DNA from: Octopus sinensis
Lineage: Eukaryota
Reading direction: 5' to 3'
DNA: 64,000 nucleotides
Assembly: GCF_006345805.1 (NCBI RefSeq)
Contig: NC_043002.1
Span: 56,606,001 to 56,670,000 of the forward strand
A program made the translations under genes and the position numbers. Below the pieces are notes generated by a model. The model searched no databases and was not told the DNA's origin. It was given only the letters and a program-made list of their open reading frames with translations. The first letter of the stretch is position 1. Each line of letters opens with the position of its first letter. Shown here piece by piece: positions 61,864-64,000 of this stretch.

Positions 61864-63484
61864 AGGATAATTTACATTGACCTCTAAACTTAACAGCAGC
61901 AGTTATTGCTTTCTCTCATTCTTTCTCTCTATGTTTGTCTGTCTGTCTCTCCTCTACAGCACGACACCTGTTTCTGTCTCTCTGTCATACTCTAGCCTCT
62001 CATCACCTGGCATGCATAAAGCCACCTCCCTCAATATTACTCTCCATCTCAGTTGAGGGATGTTTGCCATGCAAGTTACTTGGTGACCTCACCAGTGCTG
62101 GTGCCACATGAAAAGCACCTAGTCCACTCTGTAGAGGGGTTGTTTTTAAGAAGGGCATCCAGCCATAAAAAAAAAGCCATGTCAAAGCAGACAGTGGAGC
62201 TTGGTGCAGTCCTCTGTCTTACTAGCAGCTCCTCTCAAACTGTTTAACCATGACAGCATGGGAAACAGACGTTTATATGTGTGTGTGTATGTTTACACAC
62301 AATGGGTTGTTTTTTGGTTTCTGTCTCCCAAATCAACTGTATAAGATTTTGGTTGTCTTGAGGTGATAGTAGGAGACACTCACCTAAAGTGTTATACATG
62401 CAGTGGGACTTGAACCCAAGAGTGCATGGTTGGGAAGCAAGCTTCATAATCCACCCACCCACACCTGCCAATAACTGACATCAGTATATGAATCAGCCAA
62501 CTGTGTTTTTCTCCCCCACTCCTCCAAATGTTGTAGAGGTATCGCTTTAGTTTTCAAACTAAAATTGTGATTTTGTTGTTGATGACCGATAGTACTAATC
62601 TTCAGAGGAGAATCTCTTTTCCATGATCTTTCTCTATTCTTTCTCTTCTCACCTCTTCTCCCTTCCCCTCCTCCCTCTCTCATGTTATTAAACCACTTAT
62701 AATTATCCTCTTCCCTTTCTTTTGGCATGAACTATTCGTGTACATTAGAAATTCAATATTGTGTTGGCGGGACATGTTTCCACTTTTAGAATCCAGGAAG
62801 TCTTAAGTAGCTTATCTATTTCTTTTTCTTCTGCCATTAGCTACATAGGCTTGCCTCCAGCTAATTCTGATCATACAATGGGCGTGGCAAGATATATATT
62901 TGTATATATGTATGTGTGGATACATACATTCATTCATATATATATATATATATACAAAACTATATCTATGAATCTATTTACCAATATCTGTCTATTATAT
63001 ATATGTTAGATAGATATATGTTACAGTATTTCCAGTGCTGGAAATAATGTTTTAAAATTGGTGCCCATCCTTGTGGCAACTGTTTTATGCTCACTCACAC
63101 CCTTATGATTATGAATCATTAACATTGCATCTGTTGTTTTTTTTTTGGGTGGGGGATAAGAATCATATTCTCAGCTCCCTTTATGTGTATTGAAAAGTAA
63201 CTGTCAGTAAATTGTGTTTGCGCGTTATTGTTGGTTCTTAGATTACATTAGTTTTCTAGTTTATGTTTTAAGCTTCCCTATCTTTTGAATGTGCTGTATA
63301 TAAAATCCTCTTCATTATGTTTGGTGTCTTTTATCTTGTTTGTCATTTGACTGCAGTCCTTTTGGGGCATCACCTTGAAGAATTTTTAGTTAATGAATTG
63401 ACCCAGTACTAATTTTTTTTTTAAGCCTGCTACTTATTCTATCAATCACTTTTGCTGAACCACTAAGTTACAGTGACGTGGAAA

Positions 63485-63875
63485 TGGTAGGAGTGGCTGT
63501 GTGGTAAGTAGTAGCTTGCTTGCCAATCACATGGTTCTGGGTTCGGTTCCACTGCGTGGTACCTTGAGCAAGTGTCTTCTACTGTAGCTTCAGGCCGACC
63601 AAAGCCTTGTGAGTGGATTTGGTAGACGGAAACTGAAAGAAGCCTGTCGTATATATGTATGCATATTTATGTGTCAGTGCTTGTTCTCCCAACAACACTT
63701 GACAACCAATGCTGGTGTGTTTACGTCCCCATAACTTAGTGGTTCAGCAAAAGAATTCGATAGAATAAGTATCAGGCTTACAAAGAATAAGTCCTAGGGT
63801 CGATTTGCTCGACTAAAGGCAGTGCGCCGGCATGGCCACAGTCAAATGACTGAAACAAGTAAAAGAATAAACGAA
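63485..63875 (+). mobile_element. tRNA-headed SINE, full length (representative of many copies in the window)
   Basis: A box TGGCTGTGTGG, B box GGTTCGGTTCC, a CAAGTGTCTTCTACT core, an internal TA/TG tract and a tail ending AAATGACTGAAACAAGTAAAAGA. Confidence 0.85.
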
Positions 63876-64000
63876 TGGCAACACTTGTTGTCAAACAGTG
63901 GTGGGGAACACATGCAGCCATAAAGACACACACACAATGGGCTTCTTTCAGTTTCCGTCTATCAAATTTACTCACGAGGTTTTGGCCAGCCTGAAGCTGT

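Overview
AT-rich, repeat-dense animal genomic DNA. The SINE/RTE repeat families look like those of Octopus; this is inferred from recalled repeat sequences, with no search run. The window centres on a CpG-retaining region (~12.3-16.8 kb) holding a ~0.5 kb bidirectional promoter. Two intron-rich genes start head-to-head there, both with an AAAATGGCG start context. The minus-strand gene has an ATG at 14347 and a second exon near 11.4-11.6 kb. The plus-strand gene has an ATG at 14854, exons at 15138 and 26413, and probably one at 26665. I could not recognise either protein. In plus-gene exon 3 the frame entering from exon 2 stops at a TAG that overlaps a second, Kozak-optimal ATG, and only that second frame stays open to the donor. 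This is either a one-base error in an A6 run or a real overlapping uORF, bicistronic or frameshift arrangement. The rest is intron filled with mobile DNA: RTE and CR1-type LINEs (one nested), Penelope-like elements with hammerhead-like motifs, several SINE families, hAT, piggyBac, mariner and Merlin relics, MITEs and a solo LTR. Other oddities are a perfect 58-bp palindrome, a 67-bp templated insertion and a short RTE-derived retroposon with a 13-bp TSD. There is one 100-N gap. No rRNA, bona fide tRNA or CRISPR was found.
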